NCBI RefSeq assembly: GCF_964355755.1
Contig: NC_092675.1
Span: 19,998,912 to 20,062,911, forward strand
Source of the DNA: Antedon mediterranea
Lineage: Eukaryota > Animalia > Echinodermata
DNA length: 64,000 bases
Direction: 5' to 3'
Shown: one piece after another, positions 1-11,871 of the stretch
Layout of the letters: each line of letters begins with the position of its first letter
Numbering within the stretch: the first letter of the stretch is position 1
Notes under the pieces: generated by a model
Told to the model about the DNA's origin: nothing
Database searches by the model: none
Seen by the model: only the letters and a program-made list of their open reading frames with translations
Made by a program: the position numbers and the translations under genes

Positions 1-341
1 CCACTATACAATTAAATAATGAACTTTGGTTATAGGACACGCAATTAATTATTATTTAAATATAGGCCTATAATAATAATGTGATTAAATTATAAGTCTG
101 TGCATGGATTAAATAATTAGAATATTTAAATATTTAATTAATCCATGGTTTGTGCGAAAATAAGTAGCAAAACTTGAATCATAGCATTGTAGAACCCGCA
201 ACCGTACGAATAGACACTTCACTTGTTCTGCGAAAAACAAATCGGATCTAGGAGGGAGGCCTGAGGCCCTACGTTTGGATGATTTCTGAGTTTTATCTCT
301 TCTCTCTTTATCACTTCGAAAACAATAAAGTAACAAAAAAG

Positions 342-3300
342 ATGTCAGATGAAGAAGATGCAGCAGAGAGAAGGCGATTGAGAGGTTGTTTTCCTTTTAA
401 TTTATGCATTTAACTAAGCTTAGGCTAGCTAGTCCTAGCTAGGGCCTAGGCTTAGGCCTAGGCCTACTAATTACGGGAAACAGACGATCGGGACCGCGGA
501 CAATCGGGCCCAAGACGATCGGGCCCAAAAAACGTGGTCCCGATCGTCTTCAGCGTTGGGCCCGATCATCTTACCAGTTGGGCCCGATAGTCTTTTGGGT
601 TATATAAAATAATATGCCACTTCATCATTTTTCATTTCTAGTGCTAGCCTAGTGAGTGTCAACACGTTTTTCTTGCGTAAATTAAGACTTTAATTAAAAA
701 GGTTAATTAGATATTTTTCTGATTTTATCTTAATTTTCCCATGGAGTAAATTCTTTACTCCATGATTTTCCCTATTAGTATTAACACTACTGGTTTTAAG
801 AATTTCTTACCAATACTCTCGATTTATGAATATTAATGTGATTGATTTTGATTGTTATTATTGTATTGCGTGTATTCGCGTTTTGGGCCCGATCATCTTG
901 TTTGTTGGGCCCGATCGTCTGAGCCCGATAGTCTCTGGGCCCAAATTACTAGTCTAGGCTAGACAAACCTGGCTGGCCTAGTTTAGGCCTAGCCACGCTG
1001 CGCTTGGTAGGGTGGGACTCGGCCTAAGAACACTACATACTATTCTAGGCCTAGGTAGTAAGGCAAAGTTACTAAATATTATTCCTCGAATAATAAAAAT
1101 GTACATTACTAATGTTGGGATTTTTTTTAATTTTTTTTATTCATATTTACAGAAGCCAGGTTAAACCAGCTAAAAGCAAAATCAAACACCCAACAAGAAG
1201 ACCGTGAAACCAGTAGGCCTACTGATCATAAAATCTCCCAACAATCAACAACAGATGTAGAAGATTTCTCAAATACTTCAGAAAAAGTGGCAGAGATGAT
1301 GGGATTTCAGGGCTTTGGTAATAAACAACATCCAAAAATAACGCATCTAAAAAACTAAAGTTACAAAACAAAAACCACTGCTCACCGAAAACATTATATA
1401 AAATATTGAAAACCTCTAATTTGAGACTCCACAAAAAACAGATGTACATTTTATCATTTGCAAAATTCTTTAAACAAACTTACACTTTTCATTGGCTGAA
1501 ATTTGACTGTAAACTGGCAAAGGAATTGATTTAAACCTTTTATATTAATTCATGTCGTATTGCATTATCACTACACTTAATACAGTAATCATTCCTACAT
1601 ATTTTCTAGGAAAAAAGGCAAGAACATTTAATGTAATGGCAATGTTTGAAGAAACAAAACGAGCTGCTCAAGAAGTCAATAGGATTCGTGATGAAGAAAA
1701 ATCAGCACAAGTTGCGAATGAGTTAGAAAAACAGAAAATTAATGAAGACAGTGATGAGGAAGAGGAGGATGATGATCTTATTGGTTGGTGACCAACTTAA
1801 ATTTCATTTGCCCTAGAGCTCTCTCTACCATATCAAACTAGTTTGACAAAAAAGTGTGATGTGCCCAAATATGGTAGTGATATGCCCAAATATGGTAGTG
1901 ATATGCCCAAATATGGTAGTGATATGCCCAAATATGGTAGTGATATCATCATATCCATATATGGCACATTTTTTTTTGTCACATAAAATGTGATAGTGTA
2001 GACAGAGCTCAAGAATTTTTTAAACCATTTTGTACTCTTTCACATTGCCTAATGAAACTCTGGAGTTTACACACACTGGTATTTTGTATGGTGTGTGCCC
2101 AGTGTGAGTAAACTCTACAGTTTTTTTTTTTTTTTTTATTTCATCATATAATACATTACAAAGGAAAAACATAATCAAATAAAAAATTAAAATTAAAAGC
2201 AACAAACAAAAACAACAAAAATATCCATCTAACAAATTAAATAAAGGTTCATAAAACTTATTCTACTCTCTAACCATTTCATATTTGATTTATAAATTCT
2301 TCTAATTTTATCCATTTTCTATTAAAAATACTGTCCTCAAAATTCTGATGATAAATAAATTTTTCTGTTTCATAAAACCTTTTTAACTCGTTCATAACCA
2401 TTTTGATAGTTGGCTTACATTTAACTAGTTTACATTTATAAATAAATGATTTTACAATTAGAATAATTGCATTAATGGCTTTTAAATTAAAAAACTGATG
2501 ATCTTGGTATCCGAAAATTATGCTCTCTTTACTAAAAAATAAATTGCATTCCAGTTTTTTTCTGAAATTTTTTCCTGGAGGAGGTTCCATATCCTTTTTA
2601 CTAAACTCTGCAGTTTTGCTAGGTGTGTGAACGTGTGTATTAGGGTTGATCTGACCTGCAGTGAAAACCTGGCTTATAATATCAATTAAAATAGATAGAG
2701 CATTAACCACTAGTCTACAGTCATTCAAGACCTTGTAGACACATGCATACAACTTTCAGCATACAACTTGCAGCATACAACTTGCTGCATACAACTTGCA
2801 GCATACACCTTGAGCATACAACTTGCAGCATACAACTTGCAGCATACAACTTGCAGCATACAACTTGCAGCATACAACTTGAAGCATACAACTTGCAGCA
2901 TACAACTTGCAGCATACAACTTGCAGCATACAACTTGCAGCATACAACTTGCTGCATACAACTTGCAGCATACAACTTGCAGCATACAACTTGCAGCATA
3001 CAACTTGCAGCATACAACTTGCAGCATACAACTTGCAGCATACAACTTGCAGCATACAACTTGCAGCATACAACCTGCAGCATACAACTTGCAGCATACA
3101 ACTTGCAGCATACAACTTGCAGCATACAACTTGCAGCATACAACTTGCAGCATACAACTTGCAGCATACAACTTGCAGCATACAACTTGCAGCATACAAC
3201 TTGCAGCATACAACTTGCAGCATACAACTTGCAGCATACAGCTTGCAGCATACAGCTTGCAGCATACAACTTGCAGCATACAACTTTATTGTATTTATGG

Positions 3301-6300
3301 TACTGTACTAGATACAGAGTGCAGTTGAAAAATACAGATGTATTTTGAGTGCTTTTTCATGAAATTTATTTCTTGTTTTTTAGGCCCACCACTGCCACCA
3401 GGTTTTAAGGACGGTAAACATGAAAATGCTGAATCAGATTCTGATGATGGAGAAGAGTCTGATGAAGATGAAGAGGTTTGTTTTAGATAAAATTGCTTTG
3501 CCATTCTCCTATCATTACATGATCATTGCTTTGCCATTCTCCTATCATTACATGATCATTCATGAATCCTAGTATAGTACAATGCTTGGTTCTCTAAAAC
3601 ATTGTGTTCTAAAAGCTTTTAAACTTAAGCTCTGTCTACGCTATCTAACATTATGTGAAAAAAATGTAATGTGCTCATCCCATATATGGACAAGATGACA
3701 TCATATCATTACCATATTTGGGCATATTTTTTGTCACATAAAGTTTGATAATAGTGCAAATAGAGCTTTTGATTGAAATGATTTTGCTCTGAGACCTTAA
3801 GATAAAGTCTTCTTTTGTATGCATACAATTTCTATTGAGATAGAAATGTACTGTACAGTGATTAGAGCTCTTTCAATTTTGTTATACTGTGTATGTAACC
3901 TCCGATATGAAAAGAAATTTAAAGTGAACACTGTACATTAATAAATCCATAAATCATGTTGTTTTGTAATATAATTTATTTTGAATTATATATTTGACAG
4001 AATTTGAATGACAAGATTCCTTCATCACATGAAATTCAACTAGAACATGGGGTTAAACCAGTAAGTATGATATAATATACAAAGTCAATGCTTATATGTG
4101 ATTTAACACAAAATAAACGTTACCACAAAACTAATTAAAAAAGCCACTTTTGATGGTAGGTAGATGTATAATAACCTTTAGCCTGGATAAATGCATGGAT
4201 TGCCATAATATGCATCTTTGTTTTACTCTTGCATACTGTAGTATTTGTGGAAACTGTGTAGCTACTATAAAACAATCTGATTTTACACAAATGTAACAAG
4301 TTGTTGAATATATCTCTTATACAATGTTTTCACAGACTAGTTTGTCACCGTGTAACGTGCGTTAAAACTTGTCTTTATTATCGTTAAAGGTGTCAGCTGT
4401 AGGGCTTGATCCATCAGGATCTCGGTTAGTATCCGGCAGTTACGACTACAATGTCAAATTTTGGGACTTTGCTGGAATGGATTCTTCACTAAAATCATTT
4501 CGGTCAATACAACCGTGTGAATGGTAAGTATGGCTGTCTGACCTTTTGTACTTGTCTAATTCCTCACAATGTACTATCATGAGTTTATTTCTTTTTATTT
4601 AGTCAAACTCAAGCCAACAAAGTGTCCCCCTTAATAGGTTGTCCGCTGTAAAGGAGTTGGCCATTGTCATATATTGCTCTTGTTTGTTTCACAGGAAGGT
4701 GTCCCTTGAATAGGGATGTCCTAAAAGAGTGATTATACTATATTTTTTACTTTCATCATGACTAATAATATAATTTATAATAGAAGGTATTTATTTTCAG
4801 TACTCAAAAACAAATAAATAAGTTTTTGTTTATTTTTTGTTTTAATAGTCACCACATAAAAACATTACAGTACAGCATGACTGGTGATTGTATATTGGTG
4901 GTTGCTGGAAATGCACAAGCAAAAGTAATTGACAGGGATGGATTTCAGGTGATGGAATGTGTCAGTGGTGACAGGTACATTGTGGACATGGTGAACACAA
5001 AGGTAAATAGGACATTTTAATCAAAGAATTCAATCATAATCAAGCCTTGTCTTTTAAGGCGAGCCAGTGCGACCATTTACCTAACACACTCCTAAACTGC
5101 CCTTGAGGAGTGCAATTTACAACACGCTTAAATTTGGCAAACTTCTACACACCAAAATACAAACAGCACACCTACAGCATCTCTGAATGTATTGAGGAGT
5201 GCAATTTGTAGCACACCTATAATTTTCAAAAGACAAGGCCTGCATAATTCCATATTCCCAGTGCATGTACTTTATTTATTAGGCTTACAGGCTTAAACTG
5301 CTTTGTCAAATATGTTTACTGTATATTGCTAATATTGGATATATTGGGACACGTCAGACTTTGTGATGACCTTGTGAAAATGAAATTACATTTTGTTAAT
5401 TCTTTAGGGTCATATAGCAATGTTACACGGAGGATGCTGGAATCCACGGGTCAAAGAAGAATTTATTACATGTTCTGATGATGGGTAAGGTTTTTTCATG
5501 GATGTCATAAGACACACAATGATTGACACTACAATAGAACCCAGCCCAAAAATGTACCCGTCCCTTAAATAGGGGTGTCCCTTAAATAGGGATGTCCCTT
5601 AAATAGGGGTGTCCCTTGAATAGGGGTGTCCCTTGAATAGGGATGTCCCTTAAATAGGGATGTCCCTTAAATAGGGATGTCCCTTAAATAGGGGTGTCCC
5701 TTAAATAGGGGTGTCCCTTAAATAGGGATGTCCCTTGAATAGGGGTGTCCCTTGAATAGGGGTGTCCCTTGAATAGGGGTGTCCCTTAAATAGGGATGTC
5801 CCTTAAATAAGGTTGTCCCTTAAATAGGGGTGTGTCTTAAATAGGGGTGTCCCTTACATAGGGATTTCCCTTAAATAGGGGTGTCCTTTGAATAGGGGTG
5901 TCCCTTGAATAGGGGTGTCCCTTAAATAGGGATGTCCCTTAAATAGGGGTGTCCCTTAAATAGGGGTGTGTCTTAAATAGGGGTGTCCCTTGAATAGGGG
6001 TGTCCCTTGTATAGGGGTGTCCCTTAAATAGGGGTGTCCCTTAAATAGGGGTGTCCCTTGAATAGGGGTGTCCCTTGAATAGGGGTGTCCCTTAAATAGG
6101 GGTGTCCCTTAAATAGGGGTGTCCCTTGAATAGGGGTGTCCCTTGAATAGGGATGTCCCTTAAATAGGGGTGTCCCTTACATAGGGATTTCCCTTAAATA
6201 GGGGTGTCCTTTGAATAGGGGTGTCTCTTGAATAGGGGTGTCCCTTAAATAGGGATGTCCCTTAAATAGGGGTGTCCCTTAAATAGGGGTGTGTCTTAAA

Positions 6301-9300
6301 TAGGGGTGTCCCTTGAATAGGGGTGTCCCTTAAATAGGGGTGTCCCTTGAATAGGGGTGTCCCTTGAATAGGGGTGTCCCTTGAATAGGGGTGTCCCTTA
6401 AATAGGGGTGTCCTTTAAATAGGGATTTCCCTTAAATAGGCGTGTCCCTATAGAGGATTCTATTGTCTTTTGAAATGCTCATATTTTAACAAAAGATTTA
6501 TTTTATATTTATTTAAACAAATAAATATATTGTTTATATGTTTTATATAATAATCGCTACTGACTAAACATGTGTTGAGTGTGCCATGGATCTGAATCTA
6601 TAATATAACCAGAAATGCATGGCAAATATAACAAATGTTTTTACATAGTCCAGGTGGTGTACAGCATTTAATCTTCCAACCAAATTGCAAGGATATACAC
6701 AATGAAATTATTTAAATAATCTTTTTTTTCATTTTGTATATATTTATATTGACTCATGTTTATAGTTTAGTTATTCAACCTGTTATTGGTGTTTTACACT
6801 GTTGGTTTGAAATAAAGAATTTAAAAAAATTCTTTAATCTTCAAAAAGAAAAATTTCTTGAAATCTCTTGATTTTTATTTTGCACGAATCAAAGAACTGT
6901 AAGAAAGTGGGATTTCAATCAAGCACACAAACAGCTGCAAGTTATTAAATTTAAAGGGCGAAATGGCAAGAAAACGGTACCAACCTGCTGCGTGTATAGT
7001 AGAGATGGTAAATTGATAGGGGGTGCTTGTCGTGATGGCTCTATTCAGTTGTGGGATGTACAGAAACAGTTTGTAAGTATAAATTGTGTTAGTAGATATT
7101 AAAGGAAAAATTAATCGTAAAATAAGCTTTATGAATCCTGCCTATTTATTTATTTTTTTGGACGTTTTTTAATATTTAAGATGCATTTTTATTTATGTTA
7201 TATTGATGTTTACTATGATATGGTCTGGTTTTGGCTCTTCAAAGAGTTTTTTTTTTTTATATACAATTGTTTTTACTTTTTTTTTAAAGATTAGACCATC
7301 ATTACAATGTCCGACAGCTCATGGAGTTGGAACAGATACCAGTTGTCTTACATTTTCCTTTGATCACAATTTGTTGGGTTCAAGAGGAGGTGGGTGTATT
7401 TACAATTTCTTCATTTCCCTTTCACCTCACCCCTGACCACCTCAGGGGGTTGGGAATTATTAAGTTGTGATGATATCAATGTTATGTCTCCACTGCTATT
7501 TAGTCCTGTGATCGTTCTTATTCTTGGTTTATTTACATTTCTGCATTGTTCGACAGGTGATGATACTTTGAAATTATGGGACATCAGGAATTTTAGGAAA
7601 CCTGTGAATGTTGCAACTGATCTCAGTAGCTTTTATACAATGTAAGTAAACATTCAAACATTGCGTTTTGTATATAGACAAAAATGTGTACATTAATTGT
7701 TGATTTTTGTTACGTTAGTGTGTTTACATCAGTATTTAATTTTCTTTTATTTAGTAAGTGATATAGAAGTGTTCAGCAAACTGTTTTCAATTCATTGTAT
7801 TATGTGCAAGTTAAAACAAATATTTTTTTTTATAGTTTTAATCAAAACATGTTTCCAATTTTGTGAATCATTCCCTTTTTATACAAAAGAAATTAACATA
7901 GATAAATGTTAAGCTGGCGTGGAAAGGAACTTTTCCAATTTGTGAATCATTCCCTTTTATACAAAAGAAATTAACATAGATAAATGTTAAGCTGGCGTGG
8001 AAAGGAACTGGCTACCCTACATATAATCATGAGGCTTAGTAAAATGAGCTCATTCCCCTACGTTCAGAAATGAATACAGGGCTTACATTATCTTACCTTA
8101 TGTCAATTATGTTAATTTGTTTGCATACAGGACTGACTGCATGTTTAGCCCAGACAACAAGATGCTCATTACAGGGATTTCAGTTCGCAAGGATGAAGGT
8201 TACGGCAAGCTGTTGTTTTATGATAAAGACACTTTTGATAAGGTCTCGGAAATACAAGTCACAAATTCTGTGAGTGCTTGAAATTACAATTGAATGTAAA
8301 ATGTAATAATATAAACAACAAGAAAATAAAACAACAGTAAAGAATTAACACTAGTAATGTCAGGTTTGTGGTACACACATTACCAATAAAAGAATAATAA
8401 AATGCGTACTCCCAGCTATCAGCGCAAGCACTGTGGTCTAGAGGTATGAGCGCCAGGCTAGTAATCTGGAGGCCATGGGTTCGAGTCCCACCCAAAAATT
8501 ACTTCCAAATTATTTCAATTATTGCTTTTTTTAAACAATTGAATGCAAGTAAATATAAAAGCGTTATTAAATGCTGTTGTTAAACTGCTGTGATTGTATT
8601 TTGTTGGGTTTTGTTTTGTTTTCAGAGTGTTGTACGATGTTTATGGCATCCAAAATTAAATCAAATTGTAGTTGGATGTGCTAATGGACAGGTCAAGATG
8701 TACTATCATCCAGATAAAAGTCATAAGTTAGTTATCTCTTTTTTTTCTTACATTGGTTCATCCCACTTAAGTTAGTTATCTCTATATTTGTACATTATTT
8801 CATTATTTTAACATTATTCCTAATATGGCACAGCATCTTTATTTCATAACAACGGCAGGGGTTCGAGGCTCACTCACTCCATGGTTCTGGTGGTAGAACG
8901 AGTCTTCTCGGATAAGGACTATAAACCGTAGGTCCAGTGTACACATCTAGCTCGTGTGCACTTTAAAGAACCTAGTACATCTTTCGAGACGAGTAGGGGT
9001 TACCCCGGTGTATTAGTACATCACAGCCACTGATCACCAACTGGGCCCTCTGGGAGACCAGTCATTGACTGAAGAGGTTACCCAGTATAAATATATATTT
9101 CAATCAATCATTCAATCAATCTTCCCTATTAATGGCCTCAATTAAGTATAAATCTATGTCTAAGTCATAGGGGGAAAATGTATCCAGTTTTTGTGAAGTA
9201 TTGTATATGATTGTATCAACCTTTAAATTGGTATCATAAATACATACTAAAAAAAAGTATAGGATGGAAAATTCCAGTGTCCTGGTGATAAATAAGCCGG

Positions 9301-11099
9301 CATACAATTTTAAACAATGTTTCATTATGGCTGTGCATAAAAGATTGGTTATAAATTAATATCATTTTTAAGAATGTTTTTTATGTTACCGTAATATTTT
9401 TATGAATACCATTTGAAATATAGAGGAGCAAAACTATGTCTTGTTAAGAAGAAGAGAAAGGTGAAGGAACTAGAGTTCGTAGCCAATCAGCATGTTATCA
9501 CTCGTGAGTAACTGGTGCTTTTCACTTTGTACAGAACTTGTATAGACATACTGGTATAAATCTGTGTGATTTGTTATATAATTTTGTGTTTTGTTAACGC
9601 TTGGAGCCACAGTATTTACCACTATATAGCTAGAGCATTACAATGGTTTCTCGTGTGGCTGGTTCCACGATGGGTAGAGCAACTTATTATTATACTTTCA
9701 ATACTTTATTTCATGTGTGTTTACTTTTTGTTTATGTTTGTGGCATACAGTATAAATATGTTAAATTTTAAATTGCAGCTCACACATTGAGAATGTATCG
9801 CAATGACTCTTCAATTGGTACAGCTTATAAGAAGGGATTGAAAGATAGAATGGACCCTGTCAAATCAAGAAAACCAGAGGCTCCTCTCACAGAAGGTAAA
9901 CTATCGTATTTTATACATAGTTCTGTAGGGTCTAAGATAAATGATGTATGTAAAATATCCACTGCTTTTAATGGGAATTGGTAATACGTTTTGCCCAAGC
10001 ATTGGATAAATATAGGCAATGATGTCATATGTTACAGAGCCGTTGCAGTTAAACAATAAGTGTTACAGTTAAACAATAAGAGTTACAGTTAAACAAACAT
10101 TATTTTTAAATAATATATCCTCTTTCTTTTTGTCAGGTACGGGTGGTCGGGTAATTGAGGGCGGTAGAACACTTTCATCGTATGTTTCCAAGATGATAGC
10201 TGTAAATAAATTTGATGATAGCAATCCAAGAGAAGCTATACTGAAGCATGCTAAAGAAGCAGCTGAGAATCCCTACTGGATTGCACCTGCATATGCCAAG
10301 TAAGAATTTATATATAATCAGTGTACCATGTCCCACATAACTGGCTCGGCCTATATATTGTGCCAGTTCTGCGGTACATTTTATTTCAAAACCTGAGCTG
10401 TACTGACAAGATCTAATAAGATCGAAACAGTACTGTCTACAGATTGTATATATATATATATATTTAGGCAAATTGCCAAGGATAACCATAAGCAAATTCA
10501 TTCACTATCCTTAATAATCTAAATAAATCTAAATTAAAAATATACACAAGATGCTCTACATAAACAAGTCTTATTACAAGTTTTTGGTAGAGGAGTTGTA
10601 ATTTGTTATTAGAAAAAAAATCCTGACATATGACAGGACTTGAACTCGGGACCCTTGGTATGGTTGGCAGGCAAGTATCATAACCACCAACCCACAACTC
10701 CTCTCCCCACGAAGCAAACTCCTTGTTTTAAAAGTATTTTACACAAACCTGCTATACACAGCAGTAATTGTTTGGATATAGAGGACTATGCTAGAAATGC
10801 TCATTTGAAGCAGCCTTTTCTCATTAAGAATGTCTGCCTTTTTAAATATCTTGCAATACAATTACACACAAAAAATAAAAACAGGAAGCAGTAACACAAT
10901 TAGTAATTTACTGCTAATATATTTATTGCGTTGCTTTTTTATTTCAGATCATACATACAACTACTGTATTTCATTTGTATATTATTTTTTGGTTTCTATT
11001 TCTTACAGGTCTCAGCCAACGCCTATATTCCAGGAGGTATCTGATGAAGAAGAAAGTGATGAACCTACTACAAGCAAGAAACAAAAACTTGGAACTTAG
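342..11099 (+). CDS. WDR70: WD repeat-containing protein 70 (17 coding exons, ~650 aa)
   Basis: Exons joined by hand with GT-AG sites and consistent phases: 342-384, 1153-1317, 1610-1783, 3384-3475, 4001-4060, 4390-4523, 4849-5002, 5408-5484, 6895-7072, 7290-7389, 7557-7641, 8131-8269, 8626-8726, 9424-9503, 9779-9895, 10137-10299, 11009-11099 (1953 nt, divisible by 3). Peptides match recalled WDR70: MGFQGFGKKARTF, IGPPLPPGF, DPSGSRLVSGSYDYNVKFWDFAGMD, SRGGDDTLKLWDIR, WHPKLNQI, NPREAILKHA..ENPYWIAPAY. Confidence 0.95.
475..942. mobile_element. Probable non-autonomous DNA transposon with GGGCCCGATC subterminal repeats in WDR70 intron 1
   Basis: Clusters of (GACGATC)GGGCCC / GGGCCCGATC at 480-590 and 885-942 around an AT-rich core. 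No clean TSD; superfamily unresolved. Confidence 0.5.
1817..2009. mobile_element. MITE family A, copy with an expanded internal 21-bp repeat
   Basis: TIR AGCTCTGTCTACACTATCAAAC / GTTTGATAGTGTAGACAGAGCT with internal tandem GTGATATGCCCAAATATGGTA. Other copies at ~3628, 13925, 30842, 33876, 35726, 48932, 49497, 50873, 55832, 57649 and 62243. Confidence 0.9.
2121..2570 (-). mobile_element. 5'-truncated LINE (L1/Tx1-like) 3' end: ORF2 C-terminus, 3'UTR and poly(A)
   Basis: The minus-strand peptide IIFGY..INAIILIVKSFIYKCK..ELKRFYETEKFI..FNRKW resembles the conserved L1/Tx1 ORF2 C-terminus. It is followed by AATAAA and an A-run (T-run 2121-2137 on +). Confidence 0.7.
2745..3286. repeat. 14-bp minisatellite (GCAGCATACAACTT) x ~39
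   Basis: Directly visible and nearly homogeneous; it explains the six overlapping long ORFs here. Confidence 0.98.
3628..3767. mobile_element. MITE family A copy
   Basis: AGCTCTGTCTAC...CCATATATGGACA...TTTGATAATAGTG..TAGAGCT. Confidence 0.8.
5041..5242. mobile_element. ~200-bp MITE (family D)
   Basis: TIR CA(A/G)GCCTTGTCTTTT / AAAAGACAAGGCCTG, with CATAAT on both flanks. A second copy lies in opposite orientation at 47506-47707. Confidence 0.8.
5532..6465. repeat. 17-bp quasi-palindromic minisatellite (GTCCCTTRAATAGGGGT) x ~52 inside a pogo/Tigger-like MITE
   Basis: Array at ~5560-6450, bounded by TA|CAATAGAACC and GGATTCTATTG (degenerate CAGTAGAACC-type TIRs). Confidence 0.9.
7852..8008. 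repeat. ~79-bp tandem duplication
   Basis: TTCCAATTT(T)GTGAATCATTCCC...GCTGGCGTGGAAAGGAACT occurs twice back to back. Confidence 0.9.
8427..8498 (+). pseudogene. tRNA-like sequence (Thr-AGT-like pseudogene or SINE head)
   Basis: A box TGGTCTAGAGG, anticodon arm CCAGG-CTAGTAA-TCTGG and B box GGTTCGAGTCCC are present, but the acceptor-stem strands (AGCACTG / CCAAAAA) do not pair. Confidence 0.6.
8845..9120 (+). mobile_element. Deu-domain (DeuSINE/Nin-type) tRNA-derived SINE
   Basis: B box GGTTCGAGGC, then TCTTCTCGGATAAGGACTATAAACCGTAGGTCC...TTAAAGAACC...GAGTAGGGGTTACCCCGGTGT matching the recalled Deu core, then a (TCAA)n tail. Confidence 0.75.
10540..10707 (-). mobile_element. tRNA-derived SINE (second family), reverse copy
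   Basis: ATACACAAGATGCTCTACATAAACAAGTCTTATTACAAG...GGACTTGAAC...CATAACCACCAA.CCACAACTCC is the reverse complement of the element starting at 31906. Confidence 0.75.
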
Positions 11100-11466
11100 T
11101 TTAATAATACTGTATTGTTACTAATATGGAATAATATTGGTTTTAATTGACATGCTGCCTAAGTGAAAATAATAAATCTAAGCTAAGCTGATGATTCAGA
11201 ATAGTTTAGGTGTAATTATGAACCATAAATTGATTACATTTTCTGTAAGTTATTGTTGATAGCAAATGGCTATAGATAGCACAACTATTAAATACAGTAA
11301 TCCTACTGGTCTCAGTAATCAGGTACAATATGCTTTCAGAAATACTATAAAAAGCTATCATTTGTTTATACAGTAATAATCTCTAAAATAGCAAAGCTTA
11401 TTTATGTCAACATTTTCTAAACATAGTATTACTCTATCATTTTAACATGCTTAGCTTATTTTACTA

Positions 11467-11472
11467 AATAAA
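11467..11472 (+). terminator. Candidate polyadenylation signal for WDR70
   Basis: AATAAA ~370 nt after the stop, followed by T-rich sequence; another AATAAA lies at ~11171. Confidence 0.4.
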
Positions 11473-11871
11473 ATATTGTACATTTTTTATAATGTTTCAG
11501 TTTCATTTGTTGAGTAAACACCATTGTTATCAAACTCTAATGTTTGTGTACCTTCATGTTCACACATACAGTACAGAAAAGCAACTTAATTCTCTGCCAT
11601 ATTATCAGACTCATTGAGATCGGTCTGTGCTTGGAAAGATGAAAGAAAGATCTCTCATTACCATGCTCTTCAAATTGGAGTGTAGTCATTGTCATCCATA
11701 CCAAAAGGAGTAGGGGATCATCTCAGTGTGTACTGTGCTGATCGTGGTCCCATATTAGGCCAGTATAATGAATGAAATTGTCAAAAATATATATATATAT
11801 TCAAAGCTTAAGAGTCTGTGTTAACACGTTTACATTTAGTTTATTATAAACTATATATTTATAAATATATA

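Noticed and set aside
2721-3348. Six overlapping 134-201 aa ORFs (Cys-rich MLQVVCCKLYAASC / HTTCSIQLAAYNLQ repeats)
   Set aside because: They are translations of the stop-free 14-bp minisatellite inside WDR70 intron 3, with no evidence of a real gene.
5560-6450. Palindromic repeat array as a possible CRISPR array
   Set aside because: The units are contiguous with no unique spacers, there are no cas genes, and the context is a eukaryotic intron.
8427-8498. Functional tRNA-Thr(AGT) gene
   Set aside because: The acceptor stem cannot pair, so it is treated as a pseudogene or SINE head.
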